Shown here piece by piece: positions 40,746-50,908 of a stretch of 55,939 nucleotides of DNA. This DNA comes from Deinococcales bacterium. GTDB lineage: Bacteria; Deinococcota; Deinococci; Deinococcales; JAAFIG01. The notes beneath the pieces were generated by a model that had not been told where the DNA came from, made no database searches, and saw nothing but the letters and a program-made list of their open reading frames with translations. How positions within the stretch are numbered: position 1 is the first letter of the stretch; every line of letters begins with the position of its first letter. The stretch spans positions 1 to 55,939 of the forward strand of contig JAYWGM010000002.1 of NCBI GenBank assembly GCA_043778225.1, written 5' to 3'. A program made the position numbers and the translations under genes.

Positions 40746-41737
40746 TATTGAATCGCGGCTCGAGGAAAAATGCCAGTCTCGAGATAGCCGCGTAAACGTT
40801 GTTCGGCAGTCTCGAGGTATGATTGACGTTGGGCTTGCAAGGCGGCAGTCTCATTGATTAAGAGGTCATTTGCCAGCAACAACTGCCGCCCTGCGATAAT
40901 TGCCTCGAGTTCGGCTTGATTGTAATTGGGCAGATGCCCGTAGCCTGTAAGCAGCCCATGCTCGAGTTCTGCACTGTTCTGAAAGCGGCGCAGGTAAAAA
41001 ATGCTAATCCCAAAATCTTGTAATGGTACACCAGTGGCGCTGTCGTCAAAATCAAAAACACTCAAATGCCCCTTAAACCATTTGGTGTTCCATAGATGCA
41101 AATCGGCATGAAGCGGTTGGGCTTGGAAACGCAAATAAAGTTGTTGATGAATCGCTTGGACTTTTTGGTAGCTGGCTTTGAAGACCTCGAGCCGAGTTTC
41201 TGGCATGGGTGTCTCAAAAATCACCACTTTGGAATCAATAAAAATATCCTGTGCATTCTGAAATTGACAACCCTCGGGAATGCGCCAATTGGCAGCCTGC
41301 GTGTGTAGGGTTTTCAGGGCTGCACCCGTGGCTTGGAGTTGCTGAACGGTTGCTTTCGAGCCAAGGTCGTTGCCAGACAGCCAAGAGAATAAAACTGCCA
41401 CAGTATCGCGCCCGAGGGCATTTGAGTAAAAGCTTGAGATGTACAGACCATCTTTACGCACCTGAGGTTGCGGTAAAATCAAGTCTGTGTCTTGGGATAA
41501 TGCCTCGAGCCAGGCAATTTCGGCGTTTAAGGCAGCCATTGGACGGCGCGAATTAACATTGATACGCAAGGCAAATTTTAAGCCGTCGGTTGTGTCCACT
41601 CGAAAAATGGTATTAAAGCTATGGCTGATACAACGTAACCGAGCTACGCCAATTGGGTACTGCTCGAGAATACGCAAAGCATCTTGGCGAAGGCGCAAAA
41701 TTTGCGCTCTGGTGGACAGCAAAGCAAAAGGGGTCAT
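40745..41737 (-). CDS. APH/homoserine kinase type II-like phosphotransferase
   Basis: HADLHLWN, FDFDD; TAGACT-N7-ATG start at 41737. Confidence 0.85.
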   Translation of the reverse strand: MTPFALLSTRAQILRLRQDALRILEQYPIGVARLRCISHSFNTIFRVDTTDGLKFALRINVNSRRPMAALNAEIAWLEALSQDTDLILPQPQVRKDGLYISSFYSNALGRDTVAVLFSWLSGNDLGSKATVQQLQATGAALKTLHTQAANWRIPEGCQFQNAQDIFIDSKVVIFETPMPETRLEVFKASYQKVQAIHQQLYLRFQAQPLHADLHLWNTKWFKGHLSVFDFDDSATGVPLQDFGISIFYLRRFQNSAELEHGLLTGYGHLPNYNQAELEAIIAGRQLLLANDLLINETAALQAQRQSYLETAEQRLRGYLETGIFPRAAIQ

Positions 41738-41824
41738 ACAAATCAGTCTAAACATTTCAAACCAAACCGCGCTTACGCAGTTTGGCGTATGCTTTTGGCT
41801 TACTTCAAACGTTAAAATCTCGAG

Positions 41825-42763
41825 ATGCAAATCCGAAATTTTGAGATGACCGATTTACCAGCCGTTGTGGCGATTCAAAACGCCGTTGTACCATTTCAAG
41901 CCCTGAGTCAAGCCGAACTCGAGCATGACCTGACCAAACTCGAGGAGAATATCCGTCAAGTTTTTATGGTTGCCGAAGAAAATGGTGCGGTGATAGGTGC
42001 AGCCAATTATCATCGGTTTGCAGGGTCTTACCACCCCAATAAATTTGGTCTGGAAATCTGGGTACAACCCGAGTCTCAGGGGCGCGGCATTGGCAGCGCC
42101 CTTTATGCTGCCCTGCTCGAGAAATTAGCGCCGCTTGAACCGATTTCGGTCAGTACCCAAGTGCGAGAATCCGATGCTCGAGCCATGAAATTTGCCCAAA
42201 GTCGAGGCTTTCTCGAGATTAAACGCGACTTTGAGAGTTTACTGGACATCCGCAATTTTTTGACCGAGCCATACCAAGAAAAAATCTCGAGCCTCGAGCA
42301 AAGCGGTGTGCAACTGGTGTCGTGGGCAGCAGCCGACAGCCTAGAGCGCCGCCAAGAACTGCACCAAGTTTTTTCGATGGTGCGCCATGATGTACCACGG
42401 GCTGAACCCGCCACACCGATTACTTTTGAATTTTTGAACGAAAATGTTCTATCGGATTCCGAATTGCTCCAAGAAGCCTCTTTCTATGCACTCGAGGACA
42501 ATAAAATTGTTGGTTTTACGGGTTGTTTTAAGGGGGCAAAAGAGGGCTGGGTAGACCAATGGCTGACCGCCACGACTCGAGAAGTACGCGGACGCGGTAT
42601 TGCGACTGCTCTAAAGATACGGCAAATCAAAATGGCTCAACAACTGGGTTTTAGCACCATTCGTACCGACAACGACACCCGCAACACTGCCATGTTAGCG
42701 ATTAACGATAAACTTGGTTTTGTTCGCCAACCGGCTGTGCTGGTGGTTAAAAAGGAGTTTTGA
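41825..42763 (+). CDS. Double-domain GNAT acetyltransferase
   Basis: QGRGIG and RGRGIATALK...TDND..N..MLAIN.KLGF. Confidence 0.9.
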   Translation: MQIRNFEMTDLPAVVAIQNAVVPFQALSQAELEHDLTKLEENIRQVFMVAEENGAVIGAANYHRFAGSYHPNKFGLEIWVQPESQGRGIGSALYAALLEKLAPLEPISVSTQVRESDARAMKFAQSRGFLEIKRDFESLLDIRNFLTEPYQEKISSLEQSGVQLVSWAAADSLERRQELHQVFSMVRHDVPRAEPATPITFEFLNENVLSDSELLQEASFYALEDNKIVGFTGCFKGAKEGWVDQWLTATTREVRGRGIATALKIRQIKMAQQLGFSTIRTDNDTRNTAMLAINDKLGFVRQPAVLVVKKEF

Positions 42764-43711
42764 ATGCTCAGTATTAAACCATTTACGCTTAACGATTACC
42801 AAGCCATGGCTAATATTGAAAATTCGGTGTTTACCGATGAATTCTTTAGTCCTCAAAGTCTTATTGAAAGCGATCAGCGCCGCCCTGCACATGTCAAACA
42901 AGGTCGTTTTACGGCTTGGCTCGAGCAGCAGCCCGTGGGTTATGCCGAGTATTCCCAAGATGTTGGACAGTACCACCCGCAGCGCTTTCGATTGTCTGTG
43001 ACTGTCAGACCAGAATTTCAGCGCCAAGGTATTGGTTCGAGTCTTTGGGAAAAACTACGCAGTGCGATTACCGAATTTAAGCCAATTGGTTTGATTGGCA
43101 GCAACCGCGAAGATAAGTTTGGATTGGAATTCTTAAAAACTCGAGGTTTGACCGAAAAAATGCGGACTTGGGAAAACCGAATTGATGTGGCAAATTTTGA
43201 CCCTAAGCCGTACAACCATTTACGTTCAGAACTCGAGCAACAAGGCATAGAAATTCTCAGTCTCGAGCAGATTTTGACCCAAGAAAACGCTGCCCAAGAC
43301 TATTATCAGCTTCACACCGAGGTAGGAAACGACGTGCCACGGGCATATCCCGCGACCCAACGTAGCTTTGAAGATTTTGCGGTGTGGAATCTCGAGTCTT
43401 TAAAAACCTTAAAGGCTGGAACATTTTTGGCAGTGCAAGATAAAAAATTGATTGGCTTATCACAGCTTTTTAAGTCTGATGGCGACTACCTAACGATTGG
43501 CTTGACTGCTGTGCGCCGTGAAGCTCGGGGGAAACACATTGCATTGGCATTAAAAGTCGCCTGTCTCGAGTGGGCAAAAGCCAATAGCTACCCAGAAATT
43601 CGCACGTGGAACGACAGCAATAACGCGCCAATTCTGGCGCTAAACAAAAAACTTGGTTTTACCCAATGCCCAGCTTGGATAGAATGTGTTTTGGAACTCG
43701 AGTGTTTATAA
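42764..43711 (+). CDS. Double-domain GNAT acetyltransferase (paralogue)
   Basis: QRQGIG and RGKHIALALK...TWND..N.PILALN.KLGF. Confidence 0.9.
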   Translation: MLSIKPFTLNDYQAMANIENSVFTDEFFSPQSLIESDQRRPAHVKQGRFTAWLEQQPVGYAEYSQDVGQYHPQRFRLSVTVRPEFQRQGIGSSLWEKLRSAITEFKPIGLIGSNREDKFGLEFLKTRGLTEKMRTWENRIDVANFDPKPYNHLRSELEQQGIEILSLEQILTQENAAQDYYQLHTEVGNDVPRAYPATQRSFEDFAVWNLESLKTLKAGTFLAVQDKKLIGLSQLFKSDGDYLTIGLTAVRREARGKHIALALKVACLEWAKANSYPEIRTWNDSNNAPILALNKKLGFTQCPAWIECVLELECL

Positions 43712-43932
43712 AGATTGGCAAATACCAAAAATTACCAAAAAGCAGGACAGACACGGGGGTCTGTCCCTACTGTAGGGGGCGACCCAGCCCGACAGGTGCA
43801 TCTTTAGCGACCCAGCCCGACAGGTGCATCTTTAGCGACCCAAGCCCGTTTTAAGGGTCAAGAAGGGTCAAGAACGAACCCCCGTGTTCGCCCTGTGACT
43901 AATGATGATTTTATGACTTTATAAACACGCTC
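43702..43932. mobile_element. MITE-like element containing GTAG REP-like hairpins and a 28-bp tandem repeat
   Basis: GTGTTTATAAAG ... CTTTATAAACAC ends; GGACAGAC-N6-GTCTGTCC-CTAC; GCGACCCAGCCCGACAGGTGCATCTTTA x2. Confidence 0.6.
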
Positions 43933-43964
43933 TTAGAGATTAGCCTTTTGTGCAGGTCAAGAGA

Positions 43965-44792
43965 TTAGCCTTTTGTGCCAGTCAAAACCACACCTTCAAT
44001 AATTTGGCGCTGGAAAATTCCAAAAACAATTAAAACCGGAATAACTGCGAGGCTCGAGGCAGTCATGATGAGTTGCCATTGTGCACCAGCCTCGCCGCTA
44101 AACAGGGCAATGCCTATCGGTAGGGTTCGCATTTCTTGGCTTTGGACAATGATTAAGGGCCACAAGTAAGCATTGTAATTGCCAAGAAAATTAAAAATGG
44201 CTAAAGCCGAAAGCGCCGGCGTGACCAATGGTAAACCAATCCGCCAGTACAAACCAAATTCGGATAAGCCGTCCAAACGCCCAGCATCAAAAAGTTCGTC
44301 GGGAATACCTTCAAAAAAACCACGCAGCAAGAAGATCCCAAAAGCAGTAATCATGCCCGGTAGGGCAATGGCCAAATAGGTGTTGGCAATGCCAAGTTTT
44401 AGCGACCCTAAGTACCACGGAATGACCAGCATTTCGGTCGGAATCATCAGGGTAGACAAAATCAGGACAAAAATAATTTCTTTGCCTGGAAATTTCAGTT
44501 TTGCCAGCGTATACCCAACCAAGGAATCAAACAGCAGCACCGAAATCGTGCTGACCACCGCAATCCCAACCGAGTTGATAAACCAGCGCAAAAAACCAGT
44601 TTTTCCAACCACTTCCGAGTAATTATCCAGTGTTGGATTGGTTGGAAGAATACTTGGCTGGAAAACATCGGCATAGGTTTTAAGACTGGTTAAAAACATC
44701 CAGATAAACGGAAAAGCCGTAATAACACTACCAACAATCAGCACTGCATAAATCCACCAAGCAGCATCTCGAGACTTCTTAGGAGCAAGCAT
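43965..44792 (-). CDS. Carbohydrate ABC permease (MalG-type)
   Basis: IPDELFDAGRLDG, N.YLWPLI. Confidence 0.92.
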   Translation of the reverse strand: MLAPKKSRDAAWWIYAVLIVGSVITAFPFIWMFLTSLKTYADVFQPSILPTNPTLDNYSEVVGKTGFLRWFINSVGIAVVSTISVLLFDSLVGYTLAKLKFPGKEIIFVLILSTLMIPTEMLVIPWYLGSLKLGIANTYLAIALPGMITAFGIFLLRGFFEGIPDELFDAGRLDGLSEFGLYWRIGLPLVTPALSALAIFNFLGNYNAYLWPLIIVQSQEMRTLPIGIALFSGEAGAQWQLIMTASSLAVIPVLIVFGIFQRQIIEGVVLTGTKG

Positions 44793-45700
44793 TAGTAATC
44801 CACCCGCTTTCGTAAAACTGTCAGTTGCAAGACCGTAAACAGCAAAATAATGACAAATAAAACCACCGTCACGGCTGCCGCATAGCCGTATCTCGAGCTT
44901 TCAAAACCAGCCCGATAAATATAGAGTGCCACAGTTAAGGTACTGTCCAATGGACCACCTTTATCGTTTGGATTAAGGTTGGCAATCTGGGTGAACAACT
45001 GCAAAAAAACATTGGTGGCAATCACCACACTAAAAACCAAAGTAGCATTCAAAAGCGGCAAGGTCATAAACCAAAAACGTTGCCATGGATTTGCGCCATC
45101 GAGTTCGGCGGCTTCGTAATACATTCTTGGTACACCCTCGAGACCCGCAATAAAAATCACAATCTGAAAGCCCAATTGCTGCCAGACCACCAACGCCACC
45201 GCCGAAGGCAAGGCTTGTTCGGGCGACATCAAAAACGGTTGCGCTGCGAATCCCAAACTGGTCAGGAGCGCATTGACTGGACCAAAATTTTTATTGAGTA
45301 GCCATTGCCAAACCCAAGCACTGGCGACAATCGGGGTGATAAACGGCGCAAAATAAATCGCCCGTAAAAAACCTTTGGCTTTATTGATGCTCGAGAGCAG
45401 CATCGCAATGCCAAGCCCAAGCACCAACTGGGCTGGAACACCAAGCAGCGTATAAAGCAATGTATTCCAAAGCGAACGCAAAAAAACTTGGTCAGAAAAT
45501 AATTCCTTAAAATTGTCCAAGCCAATAAACGGCGCGGGTCGGAGTGGTGAAGTAAAATTAAGCAGCGACAAGCGCAGACTGTCAAAAGCTGGATAAAGCC
45601 GCACCAATAAAAAAAACGCCAGTGGCACAAGCAAAAACACATATGCCCAAATCGCTTGGCGCTGCGCTAAACTAAGAGGTTTTTTAGTTGCTTTGGTCAT
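44792..45700 (-). CDS. Carbohydrate ABC permease (MalF-type)
   Basis: FIGLDNF, YYEAAELDGA. Confidence 0.92.
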   Translation of the reverse strand: MTKATKKPLSLAQRQAIWAYVFLLVPLAFFLLVRLYPAFDSLRLSLLNFTSPLRPAPFIGLDNFKELFSDQVFLRSLWNTLLYTLLGVPAQLVLGLGIAMLLSSINKAKGFLRAIYFAPFITPIVASAWVWQWLLNKNFGPVNALLTSLGFAAQPFLMSPEQALPSAVALVVWQQLGFQIVIFIAGLEGVPRMYYEAAELDGANPWQRFWFMTLPLLNATLVFSVVIATNVFLQLFTQIANLNPNDKGGPLDSTLTVALYIYRAGFESSRYGYAAAVTVVLFVIILLFTVLQLTVLRKRVDY

Positions 45701-45748
45701 CGTTACAGACTACGACAATTCGCCTATTGAGTTGTAGGCTTTTTACTG

Positions 45749-45778
45749 CGGCTCGAGGTTCACGTGAACCTCGAGCCG
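45749..45778. repeat. Perfect 30-bp palindrome
   Basis: CGGCTCGAGGTTCACGTGAACCTCGAGCCG. Confidence 0.9.
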
Positions 45779-45900
45779 TAGCGCCCTGCCTAAGCAAAAG
45801 CAGTTCGGACTTTTGAGGCTCGCGCCTTATTGAGGTCAAGGGCTCTGGCGATAATTGGCTTACTGTTGCAGGTTCAACAAATACTTATATCCATAAGCCA

Positions 45901-45938
45901 TTGTATTGATTGACTTAAATACAAATTGCATATATGCT
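45901..45938 (+). promoter_or_regulatory. Promoter of nrtR operon with overlapping inverted repeat
   Basis: TTGACT-N17-TATGCT; TTGTATT...AATACAA brackets the -35. Confidence 0.6.
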
Positions 45939-45961
45939 AATTATAGATAAGAGGTGATGGC

Positions 45962-46615
45962 GTGATAAACCAAAATAGCGAACAAAGTTTTCTCGAGCAG
46001 TACAACCCTGCCGAATTCGAGCGCCCAAGCCTGACCGTAGACATTGCCATCCTGACTGTGCGAAATAAGCAACTCGAGGTCGTGACAGTAGAGCGCAAAG
46101 AGCATCCATATTTGGGTTTTTATGCCTTACCCGGCGGATTTGTTGGCATCACCGAAAGTCTGGACACAGCCGCTGCTCGAGTCTTACAAACCAAAGCCAA
46201 CCTAGAAAATGTCTACCTCGAGCAACTTTTTACCTTTGGCGACCCAAGCCGCGACCCACGAATGCGAATCATCAGTGTTGCCTATTATGCCCTTGTCGCA
46301 CCTAGCCAACTCGAGGGAATCCAAACGCAAAATGTAACCAACCTCGAGCTTGCCTTTGACCACAACACAATTCTCGAGACTGCTTTAACCCGAATTCAAA
46401 ATAAACTCGAGTATGCCCCAATTGCCAGCAGCCTGCTGCCCGAAAAATTCACCCTGCGCCAACTGCAAGATGTCCACGAAACGATTCTTGGACGGGTACT
46501 CAATAAGGATGCTTTCAGACGCAAAATACTAAATACAGGGCAACTCGAGCCAACAGGCATTCTCGAGTCTGGACAAGGCTTTCGACCCGCCGAGTATTAC
46601 CGCTTAAAAGCGTAA
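45962..46615 (+). CDS. nrtR: Nudix-related transcriptional regulator
   Basis: ALPGGFV...ESLD.AA.R.L, EQLFTFG...RDPR, LAFDH, wHTH FTL.QLQ..HE.ILG.....FRRK. Confidence 0.9.
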   Translation: MINQNSEQSFLEQYNPAEFERPSLTVDIAILTVRNKQLEVVTVERKEHPYLGFYALPGGFVGITESLDTAAARVLQTKANLENVYLEQLFTFGDPSRDPRMRIISVAYYALVAPSQLEGIQTQNVTNLELAFDHNTILETALTRIQNKLEYAPIASSLLPEKFTLRQLQDVHETILGRVLNKDAFRRKILNTGQLEPTGILESGQGFRPAEYYRLKA

Positions 46616-46679
46616 GAGGAAAGAGGAAAGTACCAGCTTGCACCTCGCGTTTTACCAAAAAATTTACCAAGGAGAAATC

Positions 46680-47135
46680 ATGTCGATACTTTTTTACGGA
46701 ACAAAAGAAATACCTTATGGTTGCTTTAGTAACTTTAGCGCCCACCCTTTCAAACTCGAGAACATCCTTTGGCGCACGAGCGAGCATTATTTTCAAGCCA
46801 TGAAATTCTACCCAAATTGGGAGCATATTAACGCTCTTCGTGCCATGACAAGCCCGATGCAAGTTGCCAAGGCTGGTCGCTCGAGAGCCAGACCATTGCG
46901 AACAGATTGGGAAGAAGTCAAAGACGACATCATGCGAAAAGCGGTACTGGCAAAGTTTAGTCAGCACCCAGAGATTGCCTTGGTTTTGCTCGAGACTGGA
47001 AATGAGGACTTAATCGAGAATACTACCCAAGACCATTACTGGGGCTGTGGCTCGAGCGGAACAGGTAAGAATATGCTGGGGATTATTCTGATGGAAACCC
47101 GTGAGATTCTGCGTACAGAAAAGGAGAAAGTATGA
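46680..47135 (+). CDS. NADAR (YbiA-like) protein
   Basis: FSNF, EHYFQA.KF, DWEEVK...M, KF.QH, D.YWG, GKN.LG. Confidence 0.92.
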   Translation: MSILFYGTKEIPYGCFSNFSAHPFKLENILWRTSEHYFQAMKFYPNWEHINALRAMTSPMQVAKAGRSRARPLRTDWEEVKDDIMRKAVLAKFSQHPEIALVLLETGNEDLIENTTQDHYWGCGSSGTGKNMLGIILMETREILRTEKEKV

Positions 47136-48016
47136 CACCCTTACAACGCGCTCGAGTCAGTTTAGAAGGTTTATCGGTTGGCGATTCCTTTGGAGAAAAG
47201 TTCTTTTTCTCGAGTGGCGTTTATGAAACTATTAAAGAGCGTTCTATGCCTTCAACTCCTTGGTTTTGGACTGACGACACAGCAATGGCAATGTCGGTTT
47301 ATGAAAATCTTCGGATTTATAACAGCATCAATGCAAATGAACTTGCTTTTCAATTTTCAAAGCGGTACATGAATGACCCAATGCGTGGATATGGTGCAAG
47401 TAGACACCGCGCTATGAAGGCAATAGATGCAGGACGACCTTGGCAAGAAGTCACTTTGGAAGATTCAAATGGTATGGGTTCATGTGGCAATGGTGCGGCA
47501 ATGCGGGTCGCTCCGCTCGGTGCGTATTTTGCAGATGACCTCGAGAAAGTCGTTTCAGAAGCCACACTTTCGGCTCGAGTGACCCATGCTCACCCAGAAG
47601 GAATTGCAGGAGCAATTGCGGTTGCTTTGGCATCAGCTCTAGCTGTTCAAAATGAAGTTTCAGGTCGGGTGTTTCTCGAGACAGTTGCAAAATTTACACC
47701 CGAAAGCGAAGTTAAAAGCAAAATTCTTCGCACCTTAAAATTCACTCAGCACACACCAATAGAAACCGCGATTCATCAACTTGGCGTTGGTTGGGAGATT
47801 ACTGCCCAAGACACTGTACCATTCTGTATTTGGTGTGCCTCTAAACATCTCGAGGACTTTGTTGAAGCAATGTGGTACACCGTCAGCGGACTTGGAGACC
47901 GCGACACCACTTGTGCCATTGTAGGTGGAATTGTGGCGGCTCGAGTTGGAATGCAAGGAATTCCGAGTGCTTGGCGTGCGGCTCGAGAAGATTTACAAAT
48001 CTGGGAGAGTACATGA
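47132..48016 (+). CDS. ADP-ribosylglycohydrolase (DraG/ARH family)
   Basis: GLSVGDSFG, WTDDT, GNGAAMRVAP, TH, GDRDT. Confidence 0.93.
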   Translation: MTPLQRARVSLEGLSVGDSFGEKFFFSSGVYETIKERSMPSTPWFWTDDTAMAMSVYENLRIYNSINANELAFQFSKRYMNDPMRGYGASRHRAMKAIDAGRPWQEVTLEDSNGMGSCGNGAAMRVAPLGAYFADDLEKVVSEATLSARVTHAHPEGIAGAIAVALASALAVQNEVSGRVFLETVAKFTPESEVKSKILRTLKFTQHTPIETAIHQLGVGWEITAQDTVPFCIWCASKHLEDFVEAMWYTVSGLGDRDTTCAIVGGIVAARVGMQGIPSAWRAAREDLQIWEST

Positions 48017-48609
48017 ACATTTTCGGTCTCGAGATTCCGCTTTGGGTCTTTGATTGGGCTGGTTCGGCTTGTGTCATTTTTTCTTTGGTATACTTATTTT
48101 CTAAGTCCATCGCTTACTGGCATTGGAGCAACGCCAGTCTGATTCCTTATTTTGTGTTGTTTGTGGTTGGTGGGCAGACGATGCTGGCGGGTTTACAAGT
48201 CTCGTATCTGATTTTTGGGATTCATGGCTTGTACTTATGGTTTCTCGAGTCACGGCGCGATAAAGGTGAAATTCAGTTTAACGAACCAGCGTGGTATGCC
48301 GTCACTTGGGTGGCAAGTCTGGCGATTTTTGGCTATACCGTATTGGTGACAGATTTTGTCTCCGACCCTTGGAATTGGGTGCAGTTTTTGGGTGTCAGCC
48401 TTGCTTTAATTGCCAACTTTGGCACAACCCGCAAATGGGCTTGGAGTTGGGGCGTGTGGATTATGGTCAATGCAGTCATGGCGGTCTATTTTTGGCATCT
48501 TGGCTTGTGGGCGCAGTTCGCCTTGCAGTTTATACTGGCTGGGATGAGCGTTTATGGCTACCTCGAGTGGACAAAAACCAAAGTCTCAGAGGTTGCAAAA
48601 GGTGTTTAA
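48013..48609 (+). CDS. pnuC: PnuC-family nicotinamide riboside transporter
   Basis: Multi-TM, W..WI.VN motif, GY..W ending, coupled to nadR. Confidence 0.8.
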   Translation: MNIFGLEIPLWVFDWAGSACVIFSLVYLFSKSIAYWHWSNASLIPYFVLFVVGGQTMLAGLQVSYLIFGIHGLYLWFLESRRDKGEIQFNEPAWYAVTWVASLAIFGYTVLVTDFVSDPWNWVQFLGVSLALIANFGTTRKWAWSWGVWIMVNAVMAVYFWHLGLWAQFALQFILAGMSVYGYLEWTKTKVSEVAKGV

Positions 48610-49615
48610 GACTGGCTTGGTGGTTGGTAAATTCGCGCCACTTCATCAAGGGCATGAACTCGTTATCAAAACAGCCTTGGGGCAGTGCGAAAATCTGATT
48701 GTCTTGGTTTACAGCAACCCAGATTTTGGGTGGATGCCCTCGGTTACTCGAGCCAAATGGCTACAGCAGCTTTTCCCACAGGCTCGAGTCTTTGTGCCAG
48801 AAAACCCACCACCAAACAAAAGCGACGATTTGACCCAGCGTGAATTTGTAAAATCTTGGCTTGAGCAGAATCATTTTGTGATAGATGCGGTTTTTGGTTC
48901 GGATGATTACCTTGAGGGTTTTGCCGTCCACATTGGTGCAGAACCCATCAAGATAGACAGTTCTCGAGCATCCCAACCGATTTCTGGTACACAGTTACGT
49001 GAGGCTGTACAGAATAAAGAAGTTTTGCCATTGAAGCCGTTTGTCTCGAGTTTGGTTTACTCGTACCTCGAGTTCTGGGCGCAACCAGTTCATAAAGTCG
49101 TGTTTCTCGGCGCAGAAAGCACGGGCAAAAGCACCCTGACTGTACGAATGGCACAGGAATACAAGACCAAGTTTGTAGCCGAATTTGGGCGTGAAGTCTG
49201 GGAAAATAAAAAAGGACAACTCGAGTTAGAAGATTATGTGTTCATTGCCAAAAAGCACCGCCAACTCGAGGATGAGGCAATGCTCGAGGCACAGGATTAC
49301 CTTTTTGTGGATACCAACGCCATCACCACAATGTTTCTTGGCTATGCCTATGAGGGGTGGGGACTGCCCGAGCTAACGGCTTTGGCAAGGGAAGCCGAAA
49401 ATCGGTATCACCATGTTTTTTTATGTTCCGACGACCTTCCATTTGCCCAAGACGGTTGGCGCGACGATGCCATCTGGCGGTCTCGAGCGCAAGGTATGGT
49501 GCGTTACGACCTCGCGGTGCGCGGCGTTGCTTACACCGAGCTTTACGGCAATCTCGAGGCTCGAGTAGCCCAAGTCAAAGCCGTTCTCGAGGCAACAAAA
49601 AACTCGAGGGCTTGA
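48602..49615 (+). CDS. nadR: NadR-like NMN adenylyltransferase / ribosylnicotinamide kinase (no HTH)
   Basis: GKFAPLHQGH, ISGT.LR, GAESTGKST, DT...TT, QDG.R. Confidence 0.88.
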   Translation: MFKTGLVVGKFAPLHQGHELVIKTALGQCENLIVLVYSNPDFGWMPSVTRAKWLQQLFPQARVFVPENPPPNKSDDLTQREFVKSWLEQNHFVIDAVFGSDDYLEGFAVHIGAEPIKIDSSRASQPISGTQLREAVQNKEVLPLKPFVSSLVYSYLEFWAQPVHKVVFLGAESTGKSTLTVRMAQEYKTKFVAEFGREVWENKKGQLELEDYVFIAKKHRQLEDEAMLEAQDYLFVDTNAITTMFLGYAYEGWGLPELTALAREAENRYHHVFLCSDDLPFAQDGWRDDAIWRSRAQGMVRYDLAVRGVAYTELYGNLEARVAQVKAVLEATKNSRA

Positions 49616-49629
49616 TTCCCTCGAGTTTT
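49599..49629. terminator. Bidirectional terminator
   Basis: AAAACTCGAGGG-N7-CCCTCGAGTTTT between convergent nadR and tig. Confidence 0.8.
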
Positions 49630-49639
49630 ATATTTTTGT

Positions 49640-50884
49640 TTACGCACCAAGTTTAGACATGGCTGTTTCGAGGGCTTTATCGCGGGTGGCAATAACCCGA
49701 AAATTGTCCACACCTTCGTCGCCAAGGGCTTTTAAGAGATTCGGCACACTGGTGCGAACCGAAACCGCATAATTGCGGATGGCGGTTGCCCATTCGTCGT
49801 TGTCGAGCTTTGTGCCAAGGCTTTCGGCAAGTTTCTCGAGCGCTAGATCGTTGCGAACCCGCAATTGTGCGCCTTTCAAAATATCCTGCTCAAATTCCTC
49901 GAGCTTGCCTTCACTGCCCAAGTATTCACGGTAGGCTTTTAAGGTAATGCTCTGCTTTTCGAGGTCGGCAGAAAGGTCTTGTTCCATGGCTGCCACACGG
50001 CGTTCAATCATGACGCTTGGAATTTCGACAGTGCTGCCCTCGCCGAGTTTTTTGACAAATTCGTCGCGGCGGGCTTGTTTGCCGCTCTGAATGGCTTGCG
50101 CCTCGAGGTCGGTTTTGATTCGAGCCGTCAGGCTTTCAACGGTTTCAACATTCTCGAGTTGGAAGCTCTTGACGAATTCCTCGTTGATTTCTGGGACAAC
50201 TTTATTTTTGATGTCCAAAATTTTGACTTTGAGAACGGTTTGTTCGTCCTCTGGTTTATCGCCGCCCTGCACCACGACCTCGGCTTCTGCACCCACGCCT
50301 TGTCCAAGTAGGGCATTGCGAACCCCAGCTTCGGCACGCTCGAGGTAAACCGGATAAGTTTTACCAACATCCTCGCCCTCAAGAATTTCGACATTGACCA
50401 AATCCTCGGCTTCGGCAGTACGCTCGACCTGCTCATACGTTGCACGGCTCTGCTGTAATTCGCTCAGGGCTTTTTGCACGTCTTCGTCGCCAACGACTGG
50501 CGCTTGGGCTTCGAGGCTAAAGCCTTCCCAGTTGGGCAAGGTCAGTTCTGGGTAATTTTCGGCATCTACCGTAAACTCAAACTGATTGCCTTTCTCGAGC
50601 TTACCGGGGTCTACATTCGCCGAGACTGGAATCAGTTTTAACTCGGTCACAGCTTTACTGTAGTTTTGTTCGATTAAATGTTTGGTGACTTCGTTTTCGA
50701 CGAATTCTGTACCAACCCGCTTTTCAATCATGCTTTTTGGGGCTTTGCCGGGACGAAAACCGGGAACGCGCACTTCGCGTACCAAGGAATTCATGATGCC
50801 CTCGAAAGCAATCGCCACTTCGTTTGCCGGAATAACCACTTTGAACTTCACTTTATTACCTTCGCGCAATAATAACTCTGCCAT
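49640..50884 (-). CDS. tig: Trigger factor
   Basis: VPGFRPGKAP signature, AAGGAG RBS. Confidence 0.95.
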   Translation of the reverse strand: MAELLLREGNKVKFKVVIPANEVAIAFEGIMNSLVREVRVPGFRPGKAPKSMIEKRVGTEFVENEVTKHLIEQNYSKAVTELKLIPVSANVDPGKLEKGNQFEFTVDAENYPELTLPNWEGFSLEAQAPVVGDEDVQKALSELQQSRATYEQVERTAEAEDLVNVEILEGEDVGKTYPVYLERAEAGVRNALLGQGVGAEAEVVVQGGDKPEDEQTVLKVKILDIKNKVVPEINEEFVKSFQLENVETVESLTARIKTDLEAQAIQSGKQARRDEFVKKLGEGSTVEIPSVMIERRVAAMEQDLSADLEKQSITLKAYREYLGSEGKLEEFEQDILKGAQLRVRNDLALEKLAESLGTKLDNDEWATAIRNYAVSVRTSVPNLLKALGDEGVDNFRVIATRDKALETAMSKLGA

Positions 50885-50908
50885 AGAACTCCTTCAACCT
50901 CAAAAACA

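Noticed and set aside
43779..43847. 28-bp repeats as a CRISPR array
   Set aside because: Repeats are head-to-tail with no spacers, and there are no cas genes
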